Of a stretch of DNA of 46,730 nucleotides, positions 17,657-28,353 are shown one piece after another. Made by a program: the position numbers and the translations under genes. The first letter of the stretch is position 1. Every line of letters begins with the position of its first letter. This DNA comes from a bacterium. GTDB taxonomy: Bacteria; RUG730. The stretch lies in contig JAVBNQ010000012.1 in the NCBI GenBank assembly GCA_031551405.1, positions 1 to 46,730 of the forward strand. The letters are read 5' to 3'. The notes under the pieces are model-generated. The model was not told the origin of the DNA. It did not search any database and saw only the letters and a list, made by a program, of their open reading frames with translations.

Positions 17657-18766
17657 TTAAACGCGCATAGGCATTATTACGCAAATATAATTTATTTTAT
17701 CAATCGGCCTGATTACGCCAGGATTTACAGGTGTACTTAATTCCAAAACGATTTCCTTACCGTCAATATTACGCAGAATATCAAGTATAAAATTCGGGTT
17801 ATATGCAATATCAAACGCGGATTTATCGTAGCTAATTTCGATTTCGTCTTCGGCTTCTCCAACGCCTTGGCTAGAAGCTGAGACCAGAAGTTTGTTATTC
17901 CAAAACGAGTATTTTATAGACTGACTCTTATCGCTAGTCAAAAGTGCAACACGTTTTGTAATTGAAAATAATTCGTCTTTGTTTAAATTTATCGAAAGGC
18001 TGAAATTTTTTGGAATAACTTGATTGTAATTTGGAAAAGTCCCATCGATTATTTTTGAAATCAAAATGTGTTTATCAAGCTTGAACGAAATCTGATTTTC
18101 GCCAACAATAAATTCGATGTTTTCAGTATTTACAACTGACAAAAGTTTCAAAAGTTCGTTTACGGTTTTTGTAGGAATAACAAGTTCTTTATTTTGAGCT
18201 GCGTTTTGTTCTAAAATATGCTTGATATAGCAAAGCCTTCTTCCATCAGTTGAAACTACGATTAATTTATTGTCTTCTAGTTTAAAAAGTAGACCATTCA
18301 AAATATATCTGGTTTCGTCATAAGAAACTGCAAAAATCGTTTTTCTAATCAAATCTTTCAAGACTTCTTTGTTAATTGAAAAAATACTGTCTTTTTCTCC
18401 AATTTCCGGAATGGCCGGAAAATCGCTGGAATCAAGTCCCATTATAGTAAATTTTGATTTACCGCTCGTAATATAAACTTTCAAGTCTTCGTTTGATTTT
18501 AATTCAATTTCATTTCCGCCAATTTCGCGCGTAATATCAAGTAATTTCTTTGCCGGCAAAGTAATTTCTCCGGACTTTAGAACTTCAATATTTAGCTGAG
18601 TTTTTATGGCAATTTCAAGATCTGTAGATACTAAATTTAAAATATTGTTTTCTGTGATTTTCAATAAAACGTTATTTAAAATTGGCAATGAAGTTTTGTT
18701 TGAAATAGCCGGAAATATGACTTGAAGAGCCGATAATAATTCGTTTTTGGAACATTTGAAATGCAT
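17657..18766 (-). CDS. dnaN: DNA polymerase III beta clamp
   Basis: LPILNN, STDLEI, STDGRRL, GTFPNY, C-terminal IMPMRV. Confidence 0.96.
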   Translation of the reverse strand: MHFKCSKNELLSALQVIFPAISNKTSLPILNNVLLKITENNILNLVSTDLEIAIKTQLNIEVLKSGEITLPAKKLLDITREIGGNEIELKSNEDLKVYITSGKSKFTIMGLDSSDFPAIPEIGEKDSIFSINKEVLKDLIRKTIFAVSYDETRYILNGLLFKLEDNKLIVVSTDGRRLCYIKHILEQNAAQNKELVIPTKTVNELLKLLSVVNTENIEFIVGENQISFKLDKHILISKIIDGTFPNYNQVIPKNFSLSINLNKDELFSITKRVALLTSDKSQSIKYSFWNNKLLVSASSQGVGEAEDEIEISYDKSAFDIAYNPNFILDILRNIDGKEIVLELSTPVNPGVIRPIDKINYICVIMPMRV

Positions 18767-18774
18767 TTTGCCTC

Positions 18775-19100
18775 CGTAATTTATACAGTTTTTTTTATTA
18801 AACTAAATATATATTTTAAATTAGAATTAGTAGGTGTATGTAGAATGATTAAAACTTTTTAAAAAATCGAAAAACACTTTATTTTTCAATATGTTTTTGA
18901 ATTTAGGTTTTACATAGAGTAGTTTATAAAATTGTATAATTTTTTGTTAATAATTTTGGAAAATGTAAAATTTGTAAGTTTTACACAAATTATTCATTTT
19001 GAATACAGTTTTATACATATATTATAAAGTGAATTATTGTATTTTAAATTCACTAACGACGTCAAAATATTCTCGTAAAAGTAAGTCAATATAACAAAAA
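18775..19100. other. Chromosomal replication origin (oriC) candidate
   Basis: AT-rich gap upstream of dnaN; DnaA box TTTTACACA 18979-18987; 1-mismatch boxes at 18908 and 19009; TAG-AAT-TAG-TAG trios 18822-18833 next to an AT run. Confidence 0.75.
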
Positions 19101-20036
19101 CTAATCACAAGGTGTGTCCAAATTAAACGGTCCTAAAATCTTTTTAAATAAATATGTTATAAATTTACGTGGATATTTAGTAACTAAAGGCGCGACTTGT
19201 AAAAATGAAAATTTATTTAACCCAGTCTTTTCATATAATTGAAAATGATTCTCACAAGAAGATCCACCAATCTTACGCCATCCTAAATAAAACTTATACC
19301 ATTGATGGAAATAATAATATTTCCAAAATTTTCTATGCCCAACTGCATGGATAATTGCGGCTTTTCGGCATACAAATGAATTACGCCGTGCTTCACAATT
19401 ATATTTTTCCGACAAAGCATAAATGGAGAGCTTGAAATGCTGGCACATTAAAAGCAAAATCCCTTGATCCGGAAAATATAAAAGAGAACTGATTTCACAA
19501 GTTTTTTTATAACACCAATCATATAATTCGTCAGCCAGCGGTAATAATTTATTAGAGAGGACCATAATACCAGCATTATAGTGAGCCGCGTTCATATCAT
19601 AGCCATCTATATTATTCTTAAAATTAATTCTTATTCTCTGGTCATAATATTCTCTGCGAAATGCAATATCTCCACACATTTCAGTAAACATCTCGCTGAT
19701 ATCGCCTTGAATTAAAATATCAGCATCTAACCAGCAGACGCGCTCATAGTTTTTAAGATATTTAAAGCATTCATATCGTGCAAAAGTCATTTCTCCATAA
19801 TCTCGGAGTATATGAGCTGACATTCCTTCCATTGAAGGAAAATTATACGGCAAAAACTGACAAGGTACAATATTATTAAGCGCAAACTTATCGTTTTCAC
19901 TCATATTTTGATAATAAACATAAATATCAGTATCAATCAGTAGAGTTGAATTATATTTTTTTAAGCCCAATAACACTACGCCTAATGCAAACGAAAGATT
20001 TCCGGTGCCACCCAAAACTATTGCATACTTTTTCAT
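19101..20036 (-). CDS. Glycosyltransferase family 8
   Basis: FARYE, WLDADILI (DxD), YNAGIMV, PDQGIL, IIHAVGHRKFW; start set at MKKY. Confidence 0.85.
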   Translation of the reverse strand: MKKYAIVLGGTGNLSFALGVVLLGLKKYNSTLLIDTDIYVYYQNMSENDKFALNNIVPCQFLPYNFPSMEGMSAHILRDYGEMTFARYECFKYLKNYERVCWLDADILIQGDISEMFTEMCGDIAFRREYYDQRIRINFKNNIDGYDMNAAHYNAGIMVLSNKLLPLADELYDWCYKKTCEISSLLYFPDQGILLLMCQHFKLSIYALSEKYNCEARRNSFVCRKAAIIHAVGHRKFWKYYYFHQWYKFYLGWRKIGGSSCENHFQLYEKTGLNKFSFLQVAPLVTKYPRKFITYLFKKILGPFNLDTPCD

Positions 20037-20086
20037 AAAATATAATCCCAATAAGTTAAATGACACAAAAAGACATTATGAGAAAT

Positions 20087-21430
20087 TTATAAATGATTTT
20101 TTATTTCCGTTATAATTTTATTGATAAGCGAACTAAAATATGGGTCAGTTTTAATCTTGTCATTAATTTTGTTATAAGCATACATAATCGTCGTATGATC
20201 TCTTCCGCCGAATTTTCTTCCGATTTCGGTTATAGACAAATGCGTGAGCTCTTTTGATATATAAATCGCGATTTGCCTAGGTAAAACAATAGATTCATTT
20301 CTATTTTTGTTAAGAATATGTTCTTTCGTTATATTAAAATGTTTTGCCGTAATTTCTTGAATAATGTCAATATTGATTGATTGGCTGATTGGTTCGTCTT
20401 TTATGACATCTTTCAAAACTTCTTTCGCTAAAGTCGAGGTGATTTCAGTGCCATGTACATCAGCGTAGGCAGCGACGCGTAAAAGAGATCCTTCAAGATT
20501 CCGAATATTAGCTTTGATTTTAGACGCAATGAAATTAATGACTTCATCGCTAGCTTTGATGTTGTCAAGGTCCGCTTTTCTTCGTAAAATCGCGACTCTT
20601 GTCTCAAAATCCGGAGCTTTTACATCTGCAATCACACCCCACTCGAATCTTGAACGCAGCCGTTCCTCGAGTTTTGCGATCTCTTTTGGCGTGGAATCAC
20701 TGGAAATTACAATCTGTTTCCTAGACTCGTGTAAAGTGTTGAACGTATGAAAAAATTCTTCTTGCGTACTTTCTTTTCCGGCAATGAACTGTATGTCGTC
20801 AATCAATAACACATCTAGTGTTCTGTATTTTTGCCTAAATTCAAAGTTTTTGTCGTGTCTAATGGACTCTATCATTTCGTTCATAAATTTGTCAGCTGTG
20901 ATGTATAAAATTTTAAGTTTCGGGTTGACGTTAGCGATGTGGTTGCCGATAGCGTGCAGCAAATGCGTTTTCCCTAGACCAACGCCGCCATAAATAAAAA
21001 GCGGATTGTATACTTCTCCGGGTTCATTTGCCACTGCCTCGCAAGCAGCTTGGGCAAATCTCGTGTGTTTTCCAACGACAAACGTACTGAAAGTATATTT
21101 TGGGTTTAAAGTATTCGGCTTATTGACTTTTTTAAAGAGCGTTTCGTTTTTGATTTTTTCAATAATTACGTTTTCCGAGCCTTCTCCGTCGGGTTTTGTA
21201 ATATTAAGTTTTAGAGTTACGCCTGTGTTGTAGTTTATGGAAAAATAATCTTTCAAGAGCGGAAAACAATTGTCTTCAATCCAATCTTTAAAAAATTTAT
21301 TTGGAACCGAAAGCTCGAGACAATTATTTTTATAACTTACAAAATTTATTTCTTTGAGCCAGAGCTCGCGATCATTTGGATTTATATTTTTATTTAAATG
21401 ATCAAAAATTTTTTCCCAAATATTGTGCAT
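20087..21430 (-). CDS. dnaA: Chromosomal replication initiator DnaA
   Basis: LNPKYTF, YGGVGLGKTHL, LLIDDIQF, RLRSRFEWG, GGRDHTT. Confidence 0.98.
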   Translation of the reverse strand: MHNIWEKIFDHLNKNINPNDRELWLKEINFVSYKNNCLELSVPNKFFKDWIEDNCFPLLKDYFSINYNTGVTLKLNITKPDGEGSENVIIEKIKNETLFKKVNKPNTLNPKYTFSTFVVGKHTRFAQAACEAVANEPGEVYNPLFIYGGVGLGKTHLLHAIGNHIANVNPKLKILYITADKFMNEMIESIRHDKNFEFRQKYRTLDVLLIDDIQFIAGKESTQEEFFHTFNTLHESRKQIVISSDSTPKEIAKLEERLRSRFEWGVIADVKAPDFETRVAILRRKADLDNIKASDEVINFIASKIKANIRNLEGSLLRVAAYADVHGTEITSTLAKEVLKDVIKDEPISQSINIDIIQEITAKHFNITKEHILNKNRNESIVLPRQIAIYISKELTHLSITEIGRKFGGRDHTTIMYAYNKINDKIKTDPYFSSLINKIITEIKNHL

Positions 21431-21559
21431 TTTCCCTCGAAAATTTTTTAAATATGAAGTTCAATTATACTTTTTTTAAAATAAATTACAAATGAAAATG
21501 TTACGCCTGGTGCGGTAAAATTAAAGTAAACAAAATATGCGAGCAAAACTTTAGGCTAA

Positions 21560-22747
21560 TTAAGAATTTAGTCTGTTTAAAGCCTCAATTGCGAGAGAGA
21601 CTTTTATGTTTTCAACGCATTGAAATTTTTTATTTTTCGTTAATCCTAAATTGCAAATTAGCCCGCACCCAAAACAATCCATCTTGTGAAAAATCGGAAT
21701 TGGTAGAAATTTGGATTCTTCGGAAGTGAATGATTTTTCCGTCAAATACGGCACGCAAAAGCCAAAACTATGCCCGGACAAAATGCAAACAGATGGCGTT
21801 CCAGTTGCTACAGCAATGTGAATTATTGATGAGTCGTTACCAAATGCGAATTTTGCATATTTTATGATGGAGATATACTCAAGCAAGGTCGTTTTTCCAA
21901 CCAAATTCAAAACTTTATTTTCGCCTCGATAAAGCTTCAAAAACTCTTTCGCAAAAAACATTTCATTTTTTGTACCGACCAAAACAATGTCGATTTTAAA
22001 ATCCAAACTTTCGAGGGTTTTTGTAAAATTTTCTACGCCCCAATTTTTTTCAAAAAAAGAACCGGATAGCGAAACTGCGCAATAAATTTCGGTATTTTGT
22101 AGTCCGTCGTATTTCGGGAGTTCAAACTCGAATTTTGGCAATCCGGCGAGAAAATGTTGATTTCCGGTCGTTTCTCTAAAAAATTTCGCAAAATTGATGA
22201 GCTCGCTTTGAGATTCTAATTTTACGAGCTTTGTGTAAGGCAAATTGAACAGATTTCCCAAATATTTGTTTCTGTCCAAAACGCCGATTTTTTCATCAGA
22301 ATTTAAGCTGTTTACGAGAATTGAAACATAAAATAAATTACTTGGGTTTATTATTTTTTTATATTTTTTGCGTTTTAATTCCAGTAATTTTTGTAGCCTA
22401 TAAATCAAATTTATAGGCCGCAAATCTAGTTTTAAGATGCTACTTCCCAAAAAAAGTTTATTTATATTGATCGTGATAATAGAGTCAAAATATTTAGTTT
22501 TTTCAGCGAGATCGACTAGAAAATCCGCGCACAACAAAATTATTTTTGCATCTTTAAACTCAGATTTAAATTTTTTTAAAGTCTCGAGTTGAATTATAAA
22601 ATCACCAAGTTGCTGACTCGCAATTATCAATATTTCGTTGGCTTTTGCGGTTTTTTCGTTTCTCAAAAAAAATAAAAGACTAGCCAAAGAATCGAGCAAA
22701 AAATATACGAACAATTTAACAAAAATAAAAAATCTTTTTTTTAGCAT
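21560..22747 (-). CDS. Glycosyltransferase family 9, paralog of 13010-14266
   Basis: QLGD, NLVGKT, GNDSSIIHIAVA, KMDCFGCG. Confidence 0.85.
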   Translation of the reverse strand: MLKKRFFIFVKLFVYFLLDSLASLLFFLRNEKTAKANEILIIASQQLGDFIIQLETLKKFKSEFKDAKIILLCADFLVDLAEKTKYFDSIITININKLFLGSSILKLDLRPINLIYRLQKLLELKRKKYKKIINPSNLFYVSILVNSLNSDEKIGVLDRNKYLGNLFNLPYTKLVKLESQSELINFAKFFRETTGNQHFLAGLPKFEFELPKYDGLQNTEIYCAVSLSGSFFEKNWGVENFTKTLESLDFKIDIVLVGTKNEMFFAKEFLKLYRGENKVLNLVGKTTLLEYISIIKYAKFAFGNDSSIIHIAVATGTPSVCILSGHSFGFCVPYLTEKSFTSEESKFLPIPIFHKMDCFGCGLICNLGLTKNKKFQCVENIKVSLAIEALNRLNS

Positions 22748-22853
22748 TTAGCAGCTCAGTTTTTAGGAATTAAAATTTAGCAAGGGTCTCTGTTTTGCGT
22801 TTGGACTTTGTAAATAAAATTTTACTAGCTCCCTCAAAACTGTGCAATAATTT

Positions 22854-25664
22854 TCAGTCAAGACAATTTTTAAGATATTTTGCAGTGTAAGATTTTTTGG
22901 ATTTCGTGATTTGTTCCGGCGTTCCGACTGCAATGATTTCACCGCCTTCGTCGCCGCCTTCAGGCCCGAGATCGATTATGTAATCCGCAGTCTTCAAAAC
23001 ATCGAGATTATGCTCAATCACAAGAACGGTGTTCCCTTTGTCAACGAGTCTTTGCAAAACCTCGATGAGTTTGTGAACATCCGCAAAATGAAGTCCAGTC
23101 GTTGGTTCATCCAAAATATAAAACGTTTTCCCGGTCGATCTTTTCGATAATTCCGCCGCAAGCTTGATTCTTTGCGCTTCTCCGCCGGAAAGCGTTGTTG
23201 CATTTTGTCCGAGCCGCATATATCCGAGTCCAACGTCTTGCAAAAGTTTCAAACCCCGTTCGATCTTCGGAATTTTCTCGAAAAACGAGTAAGCTTCTTC
23301 GACAGACATATCCAAAACATCCGCGATATTTTTGCCTTTATATTTTATCTCGAGAGTTTCTCGCTCGAAACGTTTGCCTTTACAAACGTCACATTCGACG
23401 TAAACATCCGGCAAAAAGTGCATTTCGATTTTGACTTCGCCTTCCCCTTGACAAGCCTCGCAACGGCCACCTTTCACGTTGAAGCTGAATCGTCCCTGTT
23501 TATAGCCTCGAGCTTTTGCCTCCGGAATACTCGCGAACAAATCTCTGATTTCCGTAAAAATCCCGGTATAAGTACTCGGATTCGAACGAGGCGTACGTCC
23601 GATTGGCGACTGATCGATATTTATGATTTTGTCGATTGCTTCAAGGTTCAAAATTTTATCGCAATTGCCACTGACTTTGTTGCTTTTGTTGATTTTGTTG
23701 AAAATATTTTTGTACAAAATTTCTTCAACAAGAGTAGATTTTCCACTGCCTGAAACTCCGGAAATCGCAACCAAAACTCCGAGCGGCAAATCAAAACTCA
23801 AATTTTTCAAATTATTTTCTTTTGCGCCGATTATTTTCAAAAAATCGTTTGGTTTGCGTCTTTTTTTCGGCGTTTCGATTTTAATTTCGCCATTCAAATA
23901 TTTCGCAGTCAAAGATTTTTTCGACTTTAAAATATCATCTAAACTTCCAATCCCGACGATTTCTCCGCCATTTTCTCCTGCTCCGGGTCCAAGATCAACG
24001 ATAAAATCTGCTTCGCGAATCGTTTCCTCGTCGTGTTCTACAACAATAACCGTATTTCCCAAATCGCGCAACCGTAGCATTGTGTTCAACAGTTTTTCGT
24101 TATCGCGTTGGTGAAGTCCGATCGACGGTTCATCCAAAACATACAAAACTCCCATGAGCCCCGCTCCGATCTGCGTCGCCAAATTAATGCGCTGGACTTC
24201 GCCGCCGGACAGAGTGTTCGCTTTTCTCATCAAATCCAAATATCCAAGCCCGACGTCAAAAAGAAAATTTAGGCGCTCATTGATTTCTTTAATCAAAGGT
24301 TCGGCAATTTTTTGGTGTTTTTCAGAAAGTTTTTCAGCGAGTTCTGAGAAAAAAATTCTACTATTTTTTATTGGTAAAGACGTCAAATCAATAATATTTT
24401 TGCCAAGAATTTTCACAGCCAAACTTTCGGGTTTCAGACGCTTTCCGCCGCAAAAAGGACAAGGATAGCTCGTCATCAATTTTTCGTACCAAGCTTTCAT
24501 ATCTTCCGACGACGTTTGCTTGTATCGTCGCCACAACATAGGAATAATTCCTTCGAATTCTTTCGTAAATTCGTAGTTTCGCATTGCGTCGACGTATTTA
24601 AATTTTATCAGCTCGCCTTTTTTCCCATAAAGCAAAATGTCGAGGTTTTTTTTGTCCATTTTTTCAATTGGATCATCGAGAGAAAATTTAAAATGTTTTG
24701 CTACGCTTTTTAAAAAATCCAGAGAAAAACTGTTTTCTGAAAAGCCCATAACATTTATTCCACCACTCGAGACGGTTTTCGTTTTGTCCGGAATGATGAG
24801 ATCAGGGTCAAAATCCATTTTTATGCCGAGGCCTGAACACTCGTCGCAAGCGCCAAAAGGATTGTTGAACGAGAACATTCGCGGGCTCAAATCTTGAAAA
24901 CTCACGTTGCATTTTGGACACGAGAACGATTCACTGAAATAATTTTCCTCGTCATCTCGCAGGATCACGACTTCTCCGCCGGTTTCTTTCAAAGCAAGCT
25001 CGATGGATTCGCTTAATCGTTGGCGATTTTCGTCCTCAATTTTTAGTCTATCAACAACAAGTTCAATACTATGTTTTTTGTTTTTGTCAAGAGTGATTTC
25101 TTCCTCGAGATTGTATAATTTTTTATTGACTCTAACCCTCGAATATCCGTCTTTTCTGAGCCGCTCGAAAAGATCCTTGTACTCGCCTTTTCTGCCTTTG
25201 ACCAAAGGCGCCAAAATCCAAATTTTTTCGCCATTGTCCCAGCTCAAAACAGAATCCACGATTTCTTGACGAGACTGCGTTTTTACTTCGTCGCCGCAAA
25301 TGTGGCAATGCGGAATTCCGATTCGAGCAAAAAGCACGCGCATGTAATCGTAAATTTCCGTCATTGTCCCAACGATTGAACGAGGATTGTAGCCTTTGCC
25401 TTTTTGTTGTATGGCGATTGCAGGCGAGAGCCCAAGTATGGATTCGACGGGAGGTTTCTGCATTTGACCGAGGAATTGACGGGCATAGCTCGAGAGAGAT
25501 TCGACGTAACGGCGTTGCCCTTCAACGTAAATCGTGTCAAAAGCCAGGCTAGATTTTCCGGAACCGGATAAACCCGTTATAACTACGAATTTGTCTCGCG
25601 GGATTTCCAAATCGATATTTTTTAAATTATGCGTTTTCGCGCCTTTTATGATTATTTTGTCCAT
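22854..25664 (-). CDS. uvrA: Excinuclease ABC subunit A
   Basis: Two ABC cassettes ([16 protein letters not shown]), LSGGE signatures, zinc fingers, [10 protein letters not shown]. Confidence 0.98.
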   Translation of the reverse strand: MDKIIIKGAKTHNLKNIDLEIPRDKFVVITGLSGSGKSSLAFDTIYVEGQRRYVESLSSYARQFLGQMQKPPVESILGLSPAIAIQQKGKGYNPRSIVGTMTEIYDYMRVLFARIGIPHCHICGDEVKTQSRQEIVDSVLSWDNGEKIWILAPLVKGRKGEYKDLFERLRKDGYSRVRVNKKLYNLEEEITLDKNKKHSIELVVDRLKIEDENRQRLSESIELALKETGGEVVILRDDEENYFSESFSCPKCNVSFQDLSPRMFSFNNPFGACDECSGLGIKMDFDPDLIIPDKTKTVSSGGINVMGFSENSFSLDFLKSVAKHFKFSLDDPIEKMDKKNLDILLYGKKGELIKFKYVDAMRNYEFTKEFEGIIPMLWRRYKQTSSEDMKAWYEKLMTSYPCPFCGGKRLKPESLAVKILGKNIIDLTSLPIKNSRIFFSELAEKLSEKHQKIAEPLIKEINERLNFLFDVGLGYLDLMRKANTLSGGEVQRINLATQIGAGLMGVLYVLDEPSIGLHQRDNEKLLNTMLRLRDLGNTVIVVEHDEETIREADFIVDLGPGAGENGGEIVGIGSLDDILKSKKSLTAKYLNGEIKIETPKKRRKPNDFLKIIGAKENNLKNLSFDLPLGVLVAISGVSGSGKSTLVEEILYKNIFNKINKSNKVSGNCDKILNLEAIDKIINIDQSPIGRTPRSNPSTYTGIFTEIRDLFASIPEAKARGYKQGRFSFNVKGGRCEACQGEGEVKIEMHFLPDVYVECDVCKGKRFERETLEIKYKGKNIADVLDMSVEEAYSFFEKIPKIERGLKLLQDVGLGYMRLGQNATTLSGGEAQRIKLAAELSKRSTGKTFYILDEPTTGLHFADVHKLIEVLQRLVDKGNTVLVIEHNLDVLKTADYIIDLGPEGGDEGGEIIAVGTPEQITKSKKSYTAKYLKNCLD

Positions 25665-25780
25665 GATTTTTTATTTTATGTTTAAATTTTAGAATGTAAT
25701 TTTAGGGGCTGATACCTAATCTTTAATTTGCTGATCTTTGTAGACGATGTCGTTGCACGACAGGCAATAGCCTCCGCTTC

Positions 25781-26160
25781 GCGAAGATTTTTCGTTTTTT
25801 GCTTTTACAAAATTTTTTACTTTGAGTCCACACGTCAGAATTTTCATTTTTCTGTGCGCGGCGTTCTTTTATTCTTCTTTTTTGACATTGCCCAAAAAAG
25901 AGACAAAAAAGGCTAGTCTGCTGTACCTCAGAGATAGAAAAAAATTTTCAAAAAGTATTGCTACGGCTAATAATAGCAGAGAAATAAAGTTTTACTTGAA
26001 ATCTTCGCTAAGCGGAGGCTGATGCTTGTCCTGCAAAGGACAAAACTCGCCTCAAAAGATTGGGCTCAAACAGTTGAAAATTTTTTAAAAGTTTTTCAAA
26101 AATTTTTCCACTTTCCTACATGATGGGGTTTTGAAAAAATTACATCATAATTTTTAGAGA
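25781..26160. repeat. Subtype B copy 3 with inverted tail module and internal insertions
   Basis: 25781-25870 is the reverse complement of the A tail; hairpin with CATTGCC loop; core 26042-26073; 26042-26160 closely matches 543-660. Confidence 0.85.
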
Positions 26161-26258
26161 AAGAAGAAAAAAATAATAGAAAAATTTCACGAAAATAAGA
26201 AAATTCAAACAAGGTTTTTAAAATTTATCGTCTGTAGGCTCCTAAAAGTAGACCAAAA

Positions 26259-26748
26259 AAACTTTAGGAAGGAACGAAAAAATTAGGCGGGGGTTAAATA
26301 AGAAAACCTTGCTCGCAACTGTATGAGCGAAATGGAATGGAGCGAGTTTTGCGAGAAAAGGCCTAGGAAAAGCTCGAAAAACCTACGGCTTTGGAGTTGG
26401 TTTTTCGAAAAAAAGAATGCCTCGCTCAAAAAAGCTGTAAATCCCATCGTGAGGACTGAAAAATAAAAAAGTTTTGTAAAATCAAAAAACGAGAACATTT
26501 TTTTGTATTTTTGTAAAATTTTCACTCTCAAAACGCGTGGACTTGATACGGAAAAACGGATTTTTGATAAAAAAAACCGAAAATATATTTTCCTGAAATT
26601 TTAAATCGATTTTTTTATTTTTCAATCCTACAAAAACAAAGAAATTTTCACATTTATTGTTTTTCAGCTAATGACGTCTGTTTTATTTTTTTTCAAACGG
26701 TTTTGTGAGTTTTGTTCATTTTTTTTTGTTCGTCAGGAAAGAATAGTT
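26259..26748. repeat. Subtype A copy 4 with tail, linker and degenerate B hairpin
   Basis: Core 26319-26349; 26638-26748 matches 362-476. Confidence 0.9.
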
Positions 26749-26956
26749 TTCAGCAAAAAAATACTTTTCGAGATAGATAAAAATAGAAAAATAAAAGCTA
26801 AAAAATTCCATTTTTCGGCAAAGCCTGCGGATTTCAAAAAACGAAAGTTTAGCCAAATCTTTATTTTCTTTTTTGTCAACTTGAGTAGAACTTTATTAAG
26901 TGTCAGCCCCTAATTTAAACCCGTGAAATTGATTAAACGGTTTTTGTGCTGACAGC

Positions 26957-27805
26957 CTAAGAATTTCTGATTTTATTCATCACTTTCCGGATAATCCAGC
27001 TCGGAGTCGAAGCTCCTGTCACTATGCCGATTTTTTCTACAGTTTTCAATTTTTTCACATCTAGCTCGTTCTCGTCCTCTATAAAAATTGTATTTTCGTT
27101 CACATCTTTACAGATTTCAAATAATTTTTTCGTGTTCGAGCTATTCCTCCCACCAATTACGAGAACCAAATCGGCTTGATCAGCAATTTTTTTCGCTTCT
27201 TCTTGTCTCTCGATAGTTGCATTGCAAATCGTATTGAACACATTCGTTTTAATGTTTCGAGCAGTTAAAGCGTTGACGACAGAATTTAATTTTTCGATGG
27301 GATGCGTAGTTTGGCAAACAATATTAATTTCTTCCGGAAATTCAAGATTTTTTAATTCTTCGAGTGAGTTGATGATTTTTGTGTCTTTGTTCGCATGACT
27401 CATAAGCCCGATGATTTCCGGATGATTTTTATCGCCAATGACTAAGACCGGAAGTCTTTTTTCAGTCAAACTTTTAACTATATTTTGAGCTTTTTGAACG
27501 AATGGACACGTTGCGTCCGTCACTTCGAAATTTTGTCTTTCAAGAGCCTCAAAAATTTCTTTTGGGATTCCGTGCGAACGAATTATTATTGAGCTCCCCG
27601 GCTTTACGCCAGAAGTTATGTTTTCTAACGGAAAAACATTTTTGGTTTTAAGTAATTCGACTGTCTGAGGATTGTGAATGATTGGGCCAAGTGTAAAAAC
27701 TTTTTCGTGTTTTTGTTTTGCTTTATCTTTTGCGAGTTTGATTGCTCGACGGACTCCAAAACACAAACCCGATTTTTTTGCAATAATGATTTTTGCCCGC
27801 ATCAA
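26957..27805 (-). CDS. ispH: 4-hydroxy-3-methylbut-2-enyl diphosphate reductase
   Basis: GLCFGVRRA, IIHNP, IRSHG, DATCPFV, QTT, TICNAT, SSNT, GASTP. Confidence 0.96.
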   Translation of the reverse strand: MMRAKIIIAKKSGLCFGVRRAIKLAKDKAKQKHEKVFTLGPIIHNPQTVELLKTKNVFPLENITSGVKPGSSIIIRSHGIPKEIFEALERQNFEVTDATCPFVQKAQNIVKSLTEKRLPVLVIGDKNHPEIIGLMSHANKDTKIINSLEELKNLEFPEEINIVCQTTHPIEKLNSVVNALTARNIKTNVFNTICNATIERQEEAKKIADQADLVLVIGGRNSSNTKKLFEICKDVNENTIFIEDENELDVKKLKTVEKIGIVTGASTPSWIIRKVMNKIRNS

Positions 27806-28353
27806 AGTTCCTCGATTTTCGTCAAAATTTCTCCGCTTATTTCCAAATAATTTTTTGTCCTATCGATTTCCAGCGGCTTTCCGACTATAAGAGTAATGTT
27901 TCGTACATTTTTCGAAATTTTTATCGGAATCACGTCTTTTTGCGAGTTCGCGTAAATAAAACCGATTCCTTTTTTGGGATTGACCTGATTATTTTTTCTG
28001 CGAGTTCCCTCGGGAAACATCAAAAGACAATGTTCTTCTTCCAGAATTTTGAATGCAAAATTTAATGATTTTTTGTCAACAGCGCCGCGTTTTACGGGAA
28101 AAGCTTTGATGAATTTTAGGATCGCTCCAAAAATTTTGTTCTCAAAAAGCTCCTCTTTCGCCATATAAAAAAGATCATCGCGACCAAAAAAACTGCCAAT
28201 AAGCGGCGGATCGAAATTACTGAAATGATTGCTCGCTATAATGAATCCACCTTTTTTCGGCAAATTTTCTTTGTTTAGTATCGTGGTTTTGAAAAAAGTT
28301 TTGAAAAAAACGCGAACCAAAAACTGAACGCTTCGATAACAAAAATTTCTCAT
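27802..28353 (-). CDS. plsC: 1-acyl-sn-glycerol-3-phosphate acyltransferase
   Basis: NHFSNFD (HxxxxD), AKEELF, FPEGTR. Confidence 0.9.
   Translation of the reverse strand: MRNFCYRSVQFLVRVFFKTFFKTTILNKENLPKKGGFIIASNHFSNFDPPLIGSFFGRDDLFYMAKEELFENKIFGAILKFIKAFPVKRGAVDKKSLNFAFKILEEEHCLLMFPEGTRRKNNQVNPKKGIGFIYANSQKDVIPIKISKNVRNITLIVGKPLEIDRTKNYLEISGEILTKIEEL

Larger units (their letters stand above)
25705..26910. mobile_element. Non-autonomous IS1595/IS1016-like element (MITE) filled with repeat modules
   Basis: TIRs GGGGCTGATACCTAAT / ATTAAGTGTCAGCCCC (14/16); flanks TAATTTTA (25697-25704) and TAATTTAA (26911-26918); no transposase ORF inside. Confidence 0.65.
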
